A stretch of DNA of 64,000 bases from an uncultured bacterium (GCA_964539305.1 CAZIIM010000003.1:17700-81699), one strand, 5' to 3'; counted from the stretch's first letter, positions 1 to 9,899 are shown. The notes: a model not told the origin generated them from the letters alone. Numbers and translations: made by a program.

Positions 1-522
1 AACGAAGTCTCCCGGTACATTATTCCGCTCCTGCTGATCGGGATTCCCTTTTATGGCTTGGTGGTAAAAAAAGTAAAGGTGTACGAATCCTTTGTGGAGG
101 GGGCCAAGGACGGCTTTACCATTGCCGTCCGGATTATCCCCTACCTGGTGGCCATTCTGGTAGCGATTGGCATGTTCCGGGCTTCCGGGGCGCTGGATTT
201 GCTACTGCAGCTCCTGGCCCCTGTCTTAACAGCCATCGGATTTCCACCGGAAAACCTGCCCCTGGCTCTCATGCGACCCCTTTCCGGCAGCGGTTCCCTG
301 GGACTACTTACGGATTTAGTGAACCAGTACGGTGCTGACTCCCTGTTTGCCAAAATCGGCGCCACCATGTTCGGGTCCACCGAAACGACCTTTTATGTCC
401 TGGCAGTCTATTTTGGTTCCGTAGGCATCCGCCGCTCCCGCCATGCCCTGGCGGCGGGATTATTAGCCGATGCGGCGGGTATTCTGACAGCCGTGTATAT
501 CTGCCGGTTGTTGTTCGGGTAA
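1..522 (+). CDS. SpmB-like (nucleoside-recognition/GATE domain) membrane protein; 5' end lies outside the window
   Basis: Frame 1 is open from nt 1 (NEVSRYIIPLLLIGIPFYG...) into the listed 58..522 ORF. The protein is hydrophobic and multi-TM. Its YESFVEGAKDGF...IIPYLVAIL start is typical of spore-maturation-protein-B-like proteins. Confidence 0.55.
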   Translation, partial: NEVSRYIIPLLLIGIPFYGLVVKKVKVYESFVEGAKDGFTIAVRIIPYLVAILVAIGMFRASGALDLLLQLLAPVLTAIGFPPENLPLALMRPLSGSGSLGLLTDLVNQYGADSLFAKIGATMFGSTETTFYVLAVYFGSVGIRRSRHALAAGLLADAAGILTAVYICRLLFG

Positions 523-542
523 TTGAACCATTCGAGTGCTGG

Positions 543-2180
543 CTATTTCATCAGAATCATTTTCCGGACCTGCCGGAAATGACCCGTATCCAGTTGGTAG
601 AAATAAATTCCCGAGGGCATGGAAACGCCCCGTGCGTTTTTCCCGTCCCAGATAATCCGTTTTTCACCGGGGCTCTGGAGTTCCTGCACCAGACGCACCA
701 CCTCCCGACCCTGGAGATTAAAAATAGCAAGTTTCACCAAGGCGGATCGGTCCAAATGATATTGAATCACCGTGGAGGCATTGAAAGGGTTAGGGAAGTT
801 CGGGTCCAGGGAAATTTGGGGAAATTGTAGGTCGTCGTCCGCCACCGCCAGGAACCGTTCAATCGTCCCCATGGGGGTCAAGTCCTTATCTTTCAGACCG
901 GCATAATCGGGTCCGTACCGGTCAATGCGGTATACATCATTCTGATAGACGCTATCGCCCTGTACGATGGGGCCGTCCGGGGTAACCGGATTAATGTATT
1001 TCCAGACGATCTCCTTTTCAGGCGTCACTTCAAAGAAGATGCCACCCACACCGGAACAGATGAGTGTATTCCCGTTGGGCAGACGCTGGGCGCTGGAAAA
1101 GCGGGAGGCATAGAAATCTTCCGGATTGGGAGCCTTGTATTCCCATACAGGAGCCACGGGCCCATAGGTGGAATCATTTTCCAGATAATAAGTGCCGGTA
1201 GAATCTACGGGCGGAATGATTTCTTCCACTGTTGAGTAGGCTCCTTCGGGACGGTCCACGCCGTTATTAAAAACAGTAATATTTCCTGCCCCGGGCCGGT
1301 CCGGTAAAACCCAGGCGGCATCGTGTTGCCCAAATAGCTGCCGATCGGTGGAATCCCCCCGCTCATAGGCCGCCGGGTTCCCCCAGCGGTAGAGCAGATC
1401 ACCACCCCGTCCATACCTCCCACCCGAATGGGAAGCAGCTTCAGCCGTGGTGGTACTGTGGTCAATGATCCAGATTTCATTGAATTTCCGACTGCTGATT
1501 AACACCTGATCAAACTCAGGATGGTAATCCACTGAATTGGGGTGAATCCAGTTTTCAGCCGCATCCCGGGCATAGTTCAGATCCAATAATTCCGGATGAT
1601 CCTTTACTACACCATAATTGGCTTTGGTGGAGTCATAGTCCTGGATCAGATGATCCCATAATGTCCATTCCCAGACGATGGCTGTGCCCGTATCCGTATT
1701 GGCCACTTCAATCAGCTTGAGCGATCGAATGGCATTCCCCACCAGATCAGGATTCCGTCCGGCCGCAATAGCCTGGTTTGCGCTCCGGCGATCGTTGGTA
1801 ATCATGAGAACATTCCCATTGGGCATGGGTTCAATATCATGGTGCTGCCGCCCGTAGGCGTATTCCCAGAGGACGGTCCCGTCCCAGTCCAGGAGTTGAA
1901 AACCACCGTGCTGGGGACCATCGGGAAGCTGGGCCGAACGCAATAGGGTGCCGTCCTCCAACAGATAGGCCGATGCCCCCGGATTGTACTGACTTTCCCA
2001 CCTGTGAACCAGCAAACCCATATTGTCGATCAGATAGGTATTATGGGAAAATTTCGGCGTGAACAGGGTATACCCCACGTAAGAACTGGAATCGTTAATC
2101 ATAATCCCCACATTACGATACTGGGAATGAGCAAGGGTAAGGAGAACCAGGAAAGGAAATAAGATTTTAATTCGATTCAA
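543..2180 (-). CDS. Secreted arylsulfotransferase (ASST)-family protein with a T9SS-type C-terminal sorting domain
   Basis: Signal peptide MNRIKILFPFLVLLTLAHS. ASST-like body (HHDIEPMPNGNVLM, WEWTLWDHLIQDYD). The last ~80 aa (FPNPFNASTVIQYHL...SGIYFYQL...KMILMK) look like a Por/T9SS C-terminal domain. Confidence 0.6.
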   Translation of the reverse strand: MNRIKILFPFLVLLTLAHSQYRNVGIMINDSSSYVGYTLFTPKFSHNTYLIDNMGLLVHRWESQYNPGASAYLLEDGTLLRSAQLPDGPQHGGFQLLDWDGTVLWEYAYGRQHHDIEPMPNGNVLMITNDRRSANQAIAAGRNPDLVGNAIRSLKLIEVANTDTGTAIVWEWTLWDHLIQDYDSTKANYGVVKDHPELLDLNYARDAAENWIHPNSVDYHPEFDQVLISSRKFNEIWIIDHSTTTAEAASHSGGRYGRGGDLLYRWGNPAAYERGDSTDRQLFGQHDAAWVLPDRPGAGNITVFNNGVDRPEGAYSTVEEIIPPVDSTGTYYLENDSTYGPVAPVWEYKAPNPEDFYASRFSSAQRLPNGNTLICSGVGGIFFEVTPEKEIVWKYINPVTPDGPIVQGDSVYQNDVYRIDRYGPDYAGLKDKDLTPMGTIERFLAVADDDLQFPQISLDPNFPNPFNASTVIQYHLDRSALVKLAIFNLQGREVVRLVQELQSPGEKRIIWDGKNARGVSMPSGIYFYQLDTGHFRQVRKMILMK

Positions 2181-2321
2181 AACAGGCTCCTTTGATTTTT
2201 ATTTCTGACCAATAACCATTTTGAGGTTTTCTAGAATCACTTCGGAGACAGAACCAGGGAATAATTTAGGTTCCGATTCAGTGAAATGAAACGATTCCAA
2301 GAATCTGGTTGCCGGGCGATA

Positions 2322-4628
2322 TTACACCAGTGTTCCTTCCATTGAAGCCTCCAGACGGCGCGCTTCACGGAGAAAATCCTTCAGATTCAAGGTTCTTAAG
2401 AAGACCAGTCCGTGAGTAGCCCTCAGGCGAGGATGGTCATGCCGGTACCAGAAATCCCGCCCCAGAACCAGTTCCAGAAGGGCGTGTTGCTCCACCCAGA
2501 TTTTCTGGGCCAGATCGCAGAACGGTCCGTCTAATTCATAACTGGGGAAAGAAGCGTCTTTCTGGCTTAAATAACAGCTCAGGAACGTATCCCGCAGCAT
2601 GGCCAAAGAATTAAGAGAGACGGGCACAATCACATCCGCTTCCGCCGGGTCAAAGCGGTACCAGACATTCCGGTAGCCCCAAATCTGAAGGCGGGATAGA
2701 TCGGCTTCCTGCTGCCACTGGCGCAGGGCCTCTGCAATGGCCTGTAATACCTTGTAATGGGTATCAGGACCGCTGCCTTCCGGGTCCATGGCCAAAGAAA
2801 TGACGGTGGGCTTTATTTCCCGGAGTAACTCTAAAATTGGTTCCACATCCCGGGCCTGCTCTGGATTGGCCGTAAAAATGTCTCCCGTGTAGAAACCCAG
2901 TCTCAGGTGATGGACATCCCGGACCCTGACCCCGAAGTGAGCCCACACCAATTCCTCTTCAAATTCCCGGATCATGCCTTTTAACTTCTGAACCGGGGGT
3001 ATGTTCTTTTCACCGTCGTAACATCGCCCTAAATAGTCCAGAATTTCATCGATTTTCCGACTTAAATCTTCTTTAGAAGCCAGTTGGTAAATCTCCACCA
3101 GGGCGCGGACGACCCGGTGACTCAGACCCCGCTGCTGCCCCCGTTGATTCCGGGATGCAATCCGGTCCAGAAAATGGTACACATCCTTGTCCCACTTACG
3201 GCGGTACCCGGACTGGAAAAAATCCGGATAATCCACCATCTGAATTTCATTCCGGTCAAGAAAGGATTGGGTCGTCTTCAGAACATTGTAAAGAAAGCGG
3301 TTGGTGACGGAGGTAAAACCGGAAGTGAGAATGGCAAAGTGATGTTGATTTTTCGGGGACCGGACCAGGTGGGTGATGTGGGGTAAAAACCCCAGCATAA
3401 TATCATCATGATGGGGCCCCGTATGTAAAAAGGTCTCATTTTCAAGAAGTGTGATTCCCAAATCAAGCTTCTGTTTAAGGGATGCCAGGACCGATGGAAC
3501 CGTGGATTCACTTAACCCCGGAATCCGGGAACAAACCGGATCCTCCTGTAAATCTTTCAATGTGAGGCGGTGACCGAATTTATTTAGGCGCTGGCAGAGC
3601 TGAATGACAGCCCGTTCCACCCGTTTATTATCCCACGGGAGGTGATTCAGTTCAAAAGATTTCACATCCTCCAGAGTCTGGGCAGCGCTGTGGGTAAGAT
3701 AAAAACGGCTGTGTTTCAACCGCTGGAGAACAGTTCCCGGGTAGCGGTTGTCAGGCTCGCTTTCAAGAGTGGCTTTGACAATCTCCGCCTTGGCGGCACC
3801 AGCGGCAAAAATGATGGCTACTGTTTCCGGATGAAAGGTGATTGTGCCCAAACCAATCGTAATAACCAGGCGTCGCCTGGAAATTTCGATTCCTCCCAAA
3901 TCAACCGCTGCCGCCGCCTGGGTCTCAAAGTTGGTTTCCATCAGGCGGGTGGTGGAATTATGGTCCGAACCGCGTACATTAAAGGCAATATGCCCGTCAG
4001 GACCAATGCCCCCCAGGAAGAATCCAATACCCCCCTTTTCCCGAATCCGGTCCTCATACTCTGAGCACCATTGATCCACTAAAAATATGGTTTGTTGTTG
4101 TAGCTCTTCCAGTTTCGATTCCGGGTCCCGGAAGCGCAAACTCAGATCAACGACACTTTCAGGGAAAATCTCATTTAACGGTTTATTGTCAGGAGTGGGA
4201 ATCCGGTGGCAATTCATGAATAAACCCCGACGGGGATCCAGGCCGAAACCCTGGATATAAAATCGCTGGACATAATTGTAAAAACTATTGTGCTGCCGGG
4301 GGTCGATGGGATAAAACTCATCGATCTGGATAAACTGCAACCCTTTCAAATTTGGTTTTTGTTTGAGTTCCAGACCATGATCTTTCCGGAGTGCTTCCAT
4401 CCTGGAATCCTGCCAGTGTTCCAGAATATACTGGACCCATTTAATGAAATATTCCGGAGTTTTCCCCGTTGGCAGACTGATGGTGCCTTCCGGATGTTCC
4501 GCCGCCCATTCCAGAAAGCGAAGGGCCGTGAAAAAGCCCAACTGGGGGAAGGTCTTCACCACCTTGAAGGGCACCCTGGCAGTTGAAACGGGATAGGAAG
4601 TTGGAAAAGCCGCTTCAACCTTTGACAT
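2322..4628 (-). CDS. Long glucosamine-6-phosphate deaminase (NagB)-like protein fused to a PIG-L/LmbE-like deacetylase-like domain
   Basis: N-terminal NagB motifs LPTGKTPE and GIGPDGHIAFN. The central and C-terminal part carries HTGPHHDDIMLG (an AHPDD-like LmbE motif) and a later GPDTHY. Total length is 768 aa. Confidence 0.65.
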   Translation of the reverse strand: MSKVEAAFPTSYPVSTARVPFKVVKTFPQLGFFTALRFLEWAAEHPEGTISLPTGKTPEYFIKWVQYILEHWQDSRMEALRKDHGLELKQKPNLKGLQFIQIDEFYPIDPRQHNSFYNYVQRFYIQGFGLDPRRGLFMNCHRIPTPDNKPLNEIFPESVVDLSLRFRDPESKLEELQQQTIFLVDQWCSEYEDRIREKGGIGFFLGGIGPDGHIAFNVRGSDHNSTTRLMETNFETQAAAAVDLGGIEISRRRLVITIGLGTITFHPETVAIIFAAGAAKAEIVKATLESEPDNRYPGTVLQRLKHSRFYLTHSAAQTLEDVKSFELNHLPWDNKRVERAVIQLCQRLNKFGHRLTLKDLQEDPVCSRIPGLSESTVPSVLASLKQKLDLGITLLENETFLHTGPHHDDIMLGFLPHITHLVRSPKNQHHFAILTSGFTSVTNRFLYNVLKTTQSFLDRNEIQMVDYPDFFQSGYRRKWDKDVYHFLDRIASRNQRGQQRGLSHRVVRALVEIYQLASKEDLSRKIDEILDYLGRCYDGEKNIPPVQKLKGMIREFEEELVWAHFGVRVRDVHHLRLGFYTGDIFTANPEQARDVEPILELLREIKPTVISLAMDPEGSGPDTHYKVLQAIAEALRQWQQEADLSRLQIWGYRNVWYRFDPAEADVIVPVSLNSLAMLRDTFLSCYLSQKDASFPSYELDGPFCDLAQKIWVEQHALLELVLGRDFWYRHDHPRLRATHGLVFLRTLNLKDFLREARRLEASMEGTLV

Positions 4629-6018
4629 TGGAGCCCTTCATTTTTTTCAGGATTAATTCAACCATCAAAGCAATGATAATATTGGTGACGACCGAGATTC
4701 CAATAAACCAGGTCCAGGCCAGACCCTGGTGCTGCAAATAAAATACGATCAGAAGACTGGCAAGCAGTCCGGCGATCAAACTCTTGGAATGAAATGTCTG
4801 TTTCATCCGGCTCAACAGGAATAGCCCTAAAAGTCCACCGTAAGTGTAAGAAGCAATCTGTAATCCCACCACAATAATGGCAGAATCCTGTTCATTAAAG
4901 AGCAGAGCAATGGCAATAAGAACCAGAGCCCAGAGCAGACTGACAAACCGGGAAAATTTCAGTGTCGATTTCTTCTTGAACCAATCGGAGACGGTAGAAG
5001 AAGCGAGCGAATTAATAGAGGAACTTAACGTGGACATGGCTGCCGAGAGGACGCCTGCCAGCAGGAGCCCTTTCAATCCCACCGGAAGATAATTGACGAT
5101 AAAAGTGGAAAATTCGCGATCCTTCTCCAGGGGTTGGCCGCCGATGAAAGCATAAATCAGGGACCCGGCTAAGAGAAAAACGGCAAACTGGAAAAAAACG
5201 AATAAGCCGCTGCCAATCATGGCCTTACGGGCGGAGGAAAGATTTTTTGTACCCAGAACCCGCTGAACCATCATATAATCGGCCCCATGGGAAGCAAAGG
5301 ATAGAAAGGCCCCGCCCAACAGGGCACTGAAGAAGGCGTAAGGTTGATTCAGCAAATCCCAATCCCAGCGAAAAATATTCAGTTTTCCTTCCCGCCACAA
5401 GTTGGAAAATATTTCAGCCGTTGGTTGGTCCAGAGTCTGGAGAATAAAAACGATCGAAATCACCCCCCCTAGTATGTAGAGAACAAACTGGAAACTGTCT
5501 ACCCACACTACCGTCCGGATTCCTCCCAGTAACGTATAGGAAAGGGTGAATAATCCGATGATCAGAACAGCGGTGGGCAGTGACCAGCCCGTTACGACCT
5601 GAACGATGACGGCAGTGGCCAGGAAGCGGACTCCGTCGGCCAGAATCCGGGTCACCAGGAACACCGCCGACGCTACTTTCTGGATGTCCCGGCCAAAACG
5701 GGTACCCAACACTTCATAAATGGATGTAATGCCTGTTTTGAAATACTGGGGCAGTAAAAAAATACTTACCAGGATGCGCCCCAGGATATAGCCCATGGCC
5801 AGTTGGAGGAAAAACCAGTCCTGGCGGTATGCCAAACCCGGCACACTGATGAAGGTTAATACAGAAGTTTCAGTGGCAACGATAGAGAGCATGGCCACCG
5901 GCCAGGGCAAGGTCCGGCTGGCCAGGAAATAATCCTCGGAAGAACGGTTTAAACGGCTCTGCCAGATCCCAGAGGCCGCCAGCCCGACCAGGAATATGGC
6001 AATAATGGTCGTGTCAAT
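4615..6018 (-). CDS. Sodium:solute symporter (SSS family). The true N-terminus probably lies upstream of the first canonical start
   Basis: Multi-TM SSS-like protein. The ATG-defined ORF is 4615..5910. The same frame is open up to 6045 and encodes the family-typical TM1 plus the EDYFLASR motif (IDTTIIAIFLVGLAASGIWQSRLNRSSEDYFLASRTLPW). That stretch has no ATG, GTG or TTG. See findings. Confidence 0.75.
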   Translation of the reverse strand: MDTTIIAIFLVGLAASGIWQSRLNRSSEDYFLASRTLPWPVAMLSIVATETSVLTFISVPGLAYRQDWFFLQLAMGYILGRILVSIFLLPQYFKTGITSIYEVLGTRFGRDIQKVASAVFLVTRILADGVRFLATAVIVQVVTGWSLPTAVLIIGLFTLSYTLLGGIRTVVWVDSFQFVLYILGGVISIVFILQTLDQPTAEIFSNLWREGKLNIFRWDWDLLNQPYAFFSALLGGAFLSFASHGADYMMVQRVLGTKNLSSARKAMIGSGLFVFFQFAVFLLAGSLIYAFIGGQPLEKDREFSTFIVNYLPVGLKGLLLAGVLSAAMSTLSSSINSLASSTVSDWFKKKSTLKFSRFVSLLWALVLIAIALLFNEQDSAIIVVGLQIASYTYGGLLGLFLLSRMKQTFHSKSLIAGLLASLLIVFYLQHQGLAWTWFIGISVVTNIIIALMVELILKKMKGSNVKG

Positions 6019-6895
6019 CCAGTGAATGGGAGGAATCCTTCTGGTTCAGGGGCTCAAAAGCGTAAATCAAAATACCGTCAAAGACGGGTCCCGTATCCCG
6101 GAAATAATAATTCAGAAAATCTACATTGACTGTCCGCTTATATTCGGCAGAGGCATGGACCAGATTCTGCCCGTCGATCAACATGCCTTCATGGGCGATA
6201 ATCAGACCGGATTTAAATAATGTTTTACGTACGAAGGCGACTCCGCAAACGGGTGGTACTTTCTTCAACAGATTTTCATTTATCAAATGATTCGGAATGT
6301 AATAAACGGTCACCGGCTTTTCCCAGTCCAAAGGAAGAAAACGGGTACTGTCTGCTTTCCGGTTCAATACCAGGGTTACTTTTTCAAGCAGTTCCCGGGG
6401 GAATAAATCGGTGGTAATATCCACTGTGTAGGGATTCTCCTGCAGGCGGTCAGTGGTGTAGTGCCAGCGGGTCTGGTAGGAAGGCTGAATCACCCCTTCC
6501 CGGTTGGGTTTGTAATGAATCCGGATCATATTCTGACGAGCTTCTTCCCAGGAATGGCTCTGGGATACGGCCAGGGCCGTCAGCACATGCACGGTGCAAT
6601 CGGAAACATCCAGTCGCAGGAGGGGGTCAGGATCCGGTCCCTGCTCCTCCCCCAGGCTGAAAATTTCATAGGGTTTTCCTACCTGCCACAGGGCAAAGGC
6701 GCGCAAGCGCCCCAGAAAGTCGGGATAATGCTGGTAGAACCCGGGTAAAATCTTTGATATTTGATCCTGATTCAAGGTCCAGGGTTTGGGAAGGGAATCG
6801 ATCCAGTTATCCTGAGCATTCAGGCCTGAGGAAGGGGTTTCCAATCCAACCATTAATAAAATGACTGCCCCTAACATAAAGCGTTTATTTCTCAT
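6014..6895 (-). CDS. DUF1460 / AmiA-like NlpC-P60-fold N-acetylmuramoyl-L-alanine amidase (putative)
   Basis: Signal peptide, then a candidate catalytic Cys context (RLDVSDCTVHVLTA) and a His context (IIAHEGMLI). The gene sits inside a muropeptide-salvage neighbourhood. The family assignment is from memory of the DUF1460 architecture. Confidence 0.5.
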   Translation of the reverse strand: MRNKRFMLGAVILLMVGLETPSSGLNAQDNWIDSLPKPWTLNQDQISKILPGFYQHYPDFLGRLRAFALWQVGKPYEIFSLGEEQGPDPDPLLRLDVSDCTVHVLTALAVSQSHSWEEARQNMIRIHYKPNREGVIQPSYQTRWHYTTDRLQENPYTVDITTDLFPRELLEKVTLVLNRKADSTRFLPLDWEKPVTVYYIPNHLINENLLKKVPPVCGVAFVRKTLFKSGLIIAHEGMLIDGQNLVHASAEYKRTVNVDFLNYYFRDTGPVFDGILIYAFEPLNQKDSSHSLD

Positions 6896-6896
6896 T

Positions 6897-9836
6897 TTAA
6901 TTTGCCTGCTTCCAGCGGTGTTTCCATTGAAGGTCTGGGTTTTTCGTGGTCAGCCCTACCGATTCATAAACGGCAGAGTGAATACGTTGTCGCCATTCGT
7001 AATATTTCGGATGTTTACAGGAACGGTCGGGATGGACTGCATTGGTGAGAAGGATGACGAAGAGCTTGTTTTCCGGGTCAATCCAGAGCGAAGTACCGGT
7101 AAAGCCCGTGTGTCCAAAACTGGTACTGCTTAAATAGACACCGCCGGAGGCTTCACCGGAAGGGGTATCCCAGCCAAGACAGCGGGAGCTTCCGGGTATC
7201 ACATTCGCTCTGCGGGTAAATAAGGCAACTGTCTCAGGTTTGAAAATACGGGTCCAGCCATAAAGTCCGCCGTTCAGGAGCATCTGGGAAAATATAGCCA
7301 GATCCCGGGCAGTGGAAAAAAGTCCAGCATGACCCGAAACGCCGCCTAAACTGTAAGCATTCTCGTCATGAACATGGCCATGCACAAAGCCCCCTTCCCG
7401 CTGACTGAATTCCGTGGGGACAATCCGTTTCAACCGGCTGAACGGAGGATTAAAGTAGGTAGACTCCATTCCCAACGGTTTGAAAATGACCGAATCGGTC
7501 CACTCATCCAGGGGCAGACCACTGAGTCGCTCAGCCACTTTCCCCAGAATCATAAACCCGATATCAGAATAAACGGTCGTATCTCCCGGGGCGTACAGGG
7601 GCTCCGTATTGAAAATACTGTCCCAGCGTGTCTGAACCGTCCCCGGTAAGCGGTAATACGTTCTGAAAGGTTCCAATCCTGACGTATGGGTTAAAAGCTG
7701 TTTCACTGTAATGGCGGATTTCTGTGGGATATAGGCTGGTTGACGGCCCTTGAATTCAGGAAGGTAGGTTACAACGTTTTCCTCCAGATCCAGTTTTCCC
7801 TCATCATAAAGTTTCATGATGGCGGAGGTGGTGGCTACAACTTTGGTCAGGGAAGCCAGATCGAAGATATCCCCCCGATCGGTAGGGATACGCCGGTCAT
7901 ATGTATGATATCCGACCGCCGTATGAATAAATATTTTCCCGTCTTTAGCTGCCAAGAGGACAGCACCGGGCCAGGCGGAATCAGCCACAGCTGCTTCCAG
8001 CAGATGCTGCACAGGTTCAATTTTGGCGTTGGTTTCATAAGGCATGACCCGTTTCAACTCCTTCCCAGGCTTATTTGTGATCATAGGGCGGGTCCAGGGT
8101 TTTGCTTCCAGTTCAATACCATCCCACTGCCGGGCCACACCTGGAATGGAGACAGGAAGATGCCCGCCGATGGGATTTTGGCCCATAATCGCTCCAGCCA
8201 GGGCGCGGTTCATTAAGCCGCTATTCAGGTAAGCACACAGGTAGACGGGCGTTTCGGGAAACTGCTGAATAATATAGGGATTTCCAAAACTGCTTAACAC
8301 GACGCGGTTGGTTTTCAGATTGATTCGATGGAGAAATTCCGCCTCGGTCTCCGGGAGGAATATCTCATCCTTGTAGGCTACCGGATTTACAAAGGCATTA
8401 ATTACTACAGTCGCGCCGGGCGGGATTTTTTCGATTAAAGTCAAAATAACATCCAGACTGTCCGATTTGTCAATTTGAAAGGTACGGACATCGGGCCAGC
8501 CCCGTTTCAGGAGGCTTGTGGTTTGACTCTCACTATGATTGTTATCATAATCATACAGATCCACAATATAAAGCGTGTCCCCTTCCTGAGGGTTTAGGGG
8601 TAGAACATTCCCCTGATTTCTGACCAGGGTGATTGCCTGGGAAGCCATATCGGTTGCTGATTTACGGTGAGCCGCAGTCCCCAGATTTTCCCGGGCAAAT
8701 TCTACGCTGACTTGATTCAACTGATTCAAGCCGATTTTCTCTTTCAGTTCCAATGTTTTAAGGGCTGCTGCATCAATGCGCGACTCTGGTATCATACCCG
8801 ACTTGACAGCTCGTTCGACGATATCCACCGCTTTCTTGAAGTTATAATTTTGAATAATCACATCACAGCCCGCATTGATGGCATGGATAAGAGCATAGTC
8901 ATCGGAGTAATTCTTTGTAATCCCCCCCATTGCCATGGCGTCCGTCACCACGGCCCCTTTAAAATGGAGCCGGTCCTTGAGAATATCCTGAATCCAGAAC
9001 CGGGACATGGTAGCCGGTTCCTCGGCATAGGGCTGGTAATCCGGTGCGGTTAAATGGGCTACCATAATCAAATCGACCCCTGCCGTGACCGCTGCTTGAA
9101 ATGGTTGCAGTTCCACTGTCCACAGGCGTACAGAATCACTGGGTATTTCTGCCAGTGCCGTATGGGAGTCGGTTTCCGTGTCGCCGTGCCCGGGAAAATG
9201 TTTTGCTGTGCTGAGCATACCATTATCCTGAAGCCCGGCAATGAATCGGGTACCAAAACGAATGACCGTTTCAGGATCTTCCCCAAATGAACGGGTATTG
9301 ATAATAGGATTATTGGGATTATTATTCACGTCCATCACTGGAGAAAAATTGAGTTGAATTCCCACCGAGCGACCCTCCAGAGCAGCGATTTTTGCCGCTT
9401 CGTAGGCATTTTCAGGGTCACCGGTGGCGGCCAAAGCCATGAGAGGCGGTAATTGGGTTCCGGAGGCAAACCGGCGTCCAACCCCGTTTTCAATATCCGC
9501 ATTTACCAGAACCGGAACCTTGGAACGGGCCTGGATCTCATTGAGCAACGTCAGGGAGGAACCGACGTCACCGAACCAGACATGGATGTGACCAATACCA
9601 TCCGTAGCCAGCAACTCCTGGATTTCCTTCCATTGACGACTGTCTTCATTGAGAAAACGCATATTCATGTTATAGACCATCATTTGAGCAATTTTTTCCC
9701 TGAGAGTCAAATGCTGAAGGGTTCGCTCCGCCCAGGACTGCTGAAACCAGAATTGGCCCGGCCCGGCACAGCCGATGATAAAAATCAGGCAGAAGAATAT
9801 GAGTCTGGTTGTTCTTATCATGTGGTCCAATAACAA
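6897..9836 (-). CDS. Fusion of a GH3 beta-N-acetylhexosaminidase (NagZ-like) and a serine beta-lactamase/PBP-like hydrolase
   Basis: The N-terminal half has the GH3 motif KHFPGHGDTETDSH. The C-terminal half has SxxK (ASLTKV), YSD, and HTG in FGHTGFTG. A probable lipoprotein or signal sequence is present (LIFFCLIFIIGC). An alternative start at 9821 (MIRTTR...) is possible. Confidence 0.8.
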   Translation of the reverse strand: MLLDHMIRTTRLIFFCLIFIIGCAGPGQFWFQQSWAERTLQHLTLREKIAQMMVYNMNMRFLNEDSRQWKEIQELLATDGIGHIHVWFGDVGSSLTLLNEIQARSKVPVLVNADIENGVGRRFASGTQLPPLMALAATGDPENAYEAAKIAALEGRSVGIQLNFSPVMDVNNNPNNPIINTRSFGEDPETVIRFGTRFIAGLQDNGMLSTAKHFPGHGDTETDSHTALAEIPSDSVRLWTVELQPFQAAVTAGVDLIMVAHLTAPDYQPYAEEPATMSRFWIQDILKDRLHFKGAVVTDAMAMGGITKNYSDDYALIHAINAGCDVIIQNYNFKKAVDIVERAVKSGMIPESRIDAAALKTLELKEKIGLNQLNQVSVEFARENLGTAAHRKSATDMASQAITLVRNQGNVLPLNPQEGDTLYIVDLYDYDNNHSESQTTSLLKRGWPDVRTFQIDKSDSLDVILTLIEKIPPGATVVINAFVNPVAYKDEIFLPETEAEFLHRINLKTNRVVLSSFGNPYIIQQFPETPVYLCAYLNSGLMNRALAGAIMGQNPIGGHLPVSIPGVARQWDGIELEAKPWTRPMITNKPGKELKRVMPYETNAKIEPVQHLLEAAVADSAWPGAVLLAAKDGKIFIHTAVGYHTYDRRIPTDRGDIFDLASLTKVVATTSAIMKLYDEGKLDLEENVVTYLPEFKGRQPAYIPQKSAITVKQLLTHTSGLEPFRTYYRLPGTVQTRWDSIFNTEPLYAPGDTTVYSDIGFMILGKVAERLSGLPLDEWTDSVIFKPLGMESTYFNPPFSRLKRIVPTEFSQREGGFVHGHVHDENAYSLGGVSGHAGLFSTARDLAIFSQMLLNGGLYGWTRIFKPETVALFTRRANVIPGSSRCLGWDTPSGEASGGVYLSSTSFGHTGFTGTSLWIDPENKLFVILLTNAVHPDRSCKHPKYYEWRQRIHSAVYESVGLTTKNPDLQWKHRWKQAN

Positions 9837-9899
9837 TATAGGCTTTAAAAATTAACAGAACTTCTATTCAATAAGCTGTAATTTTTCTTTTAACTGGTA

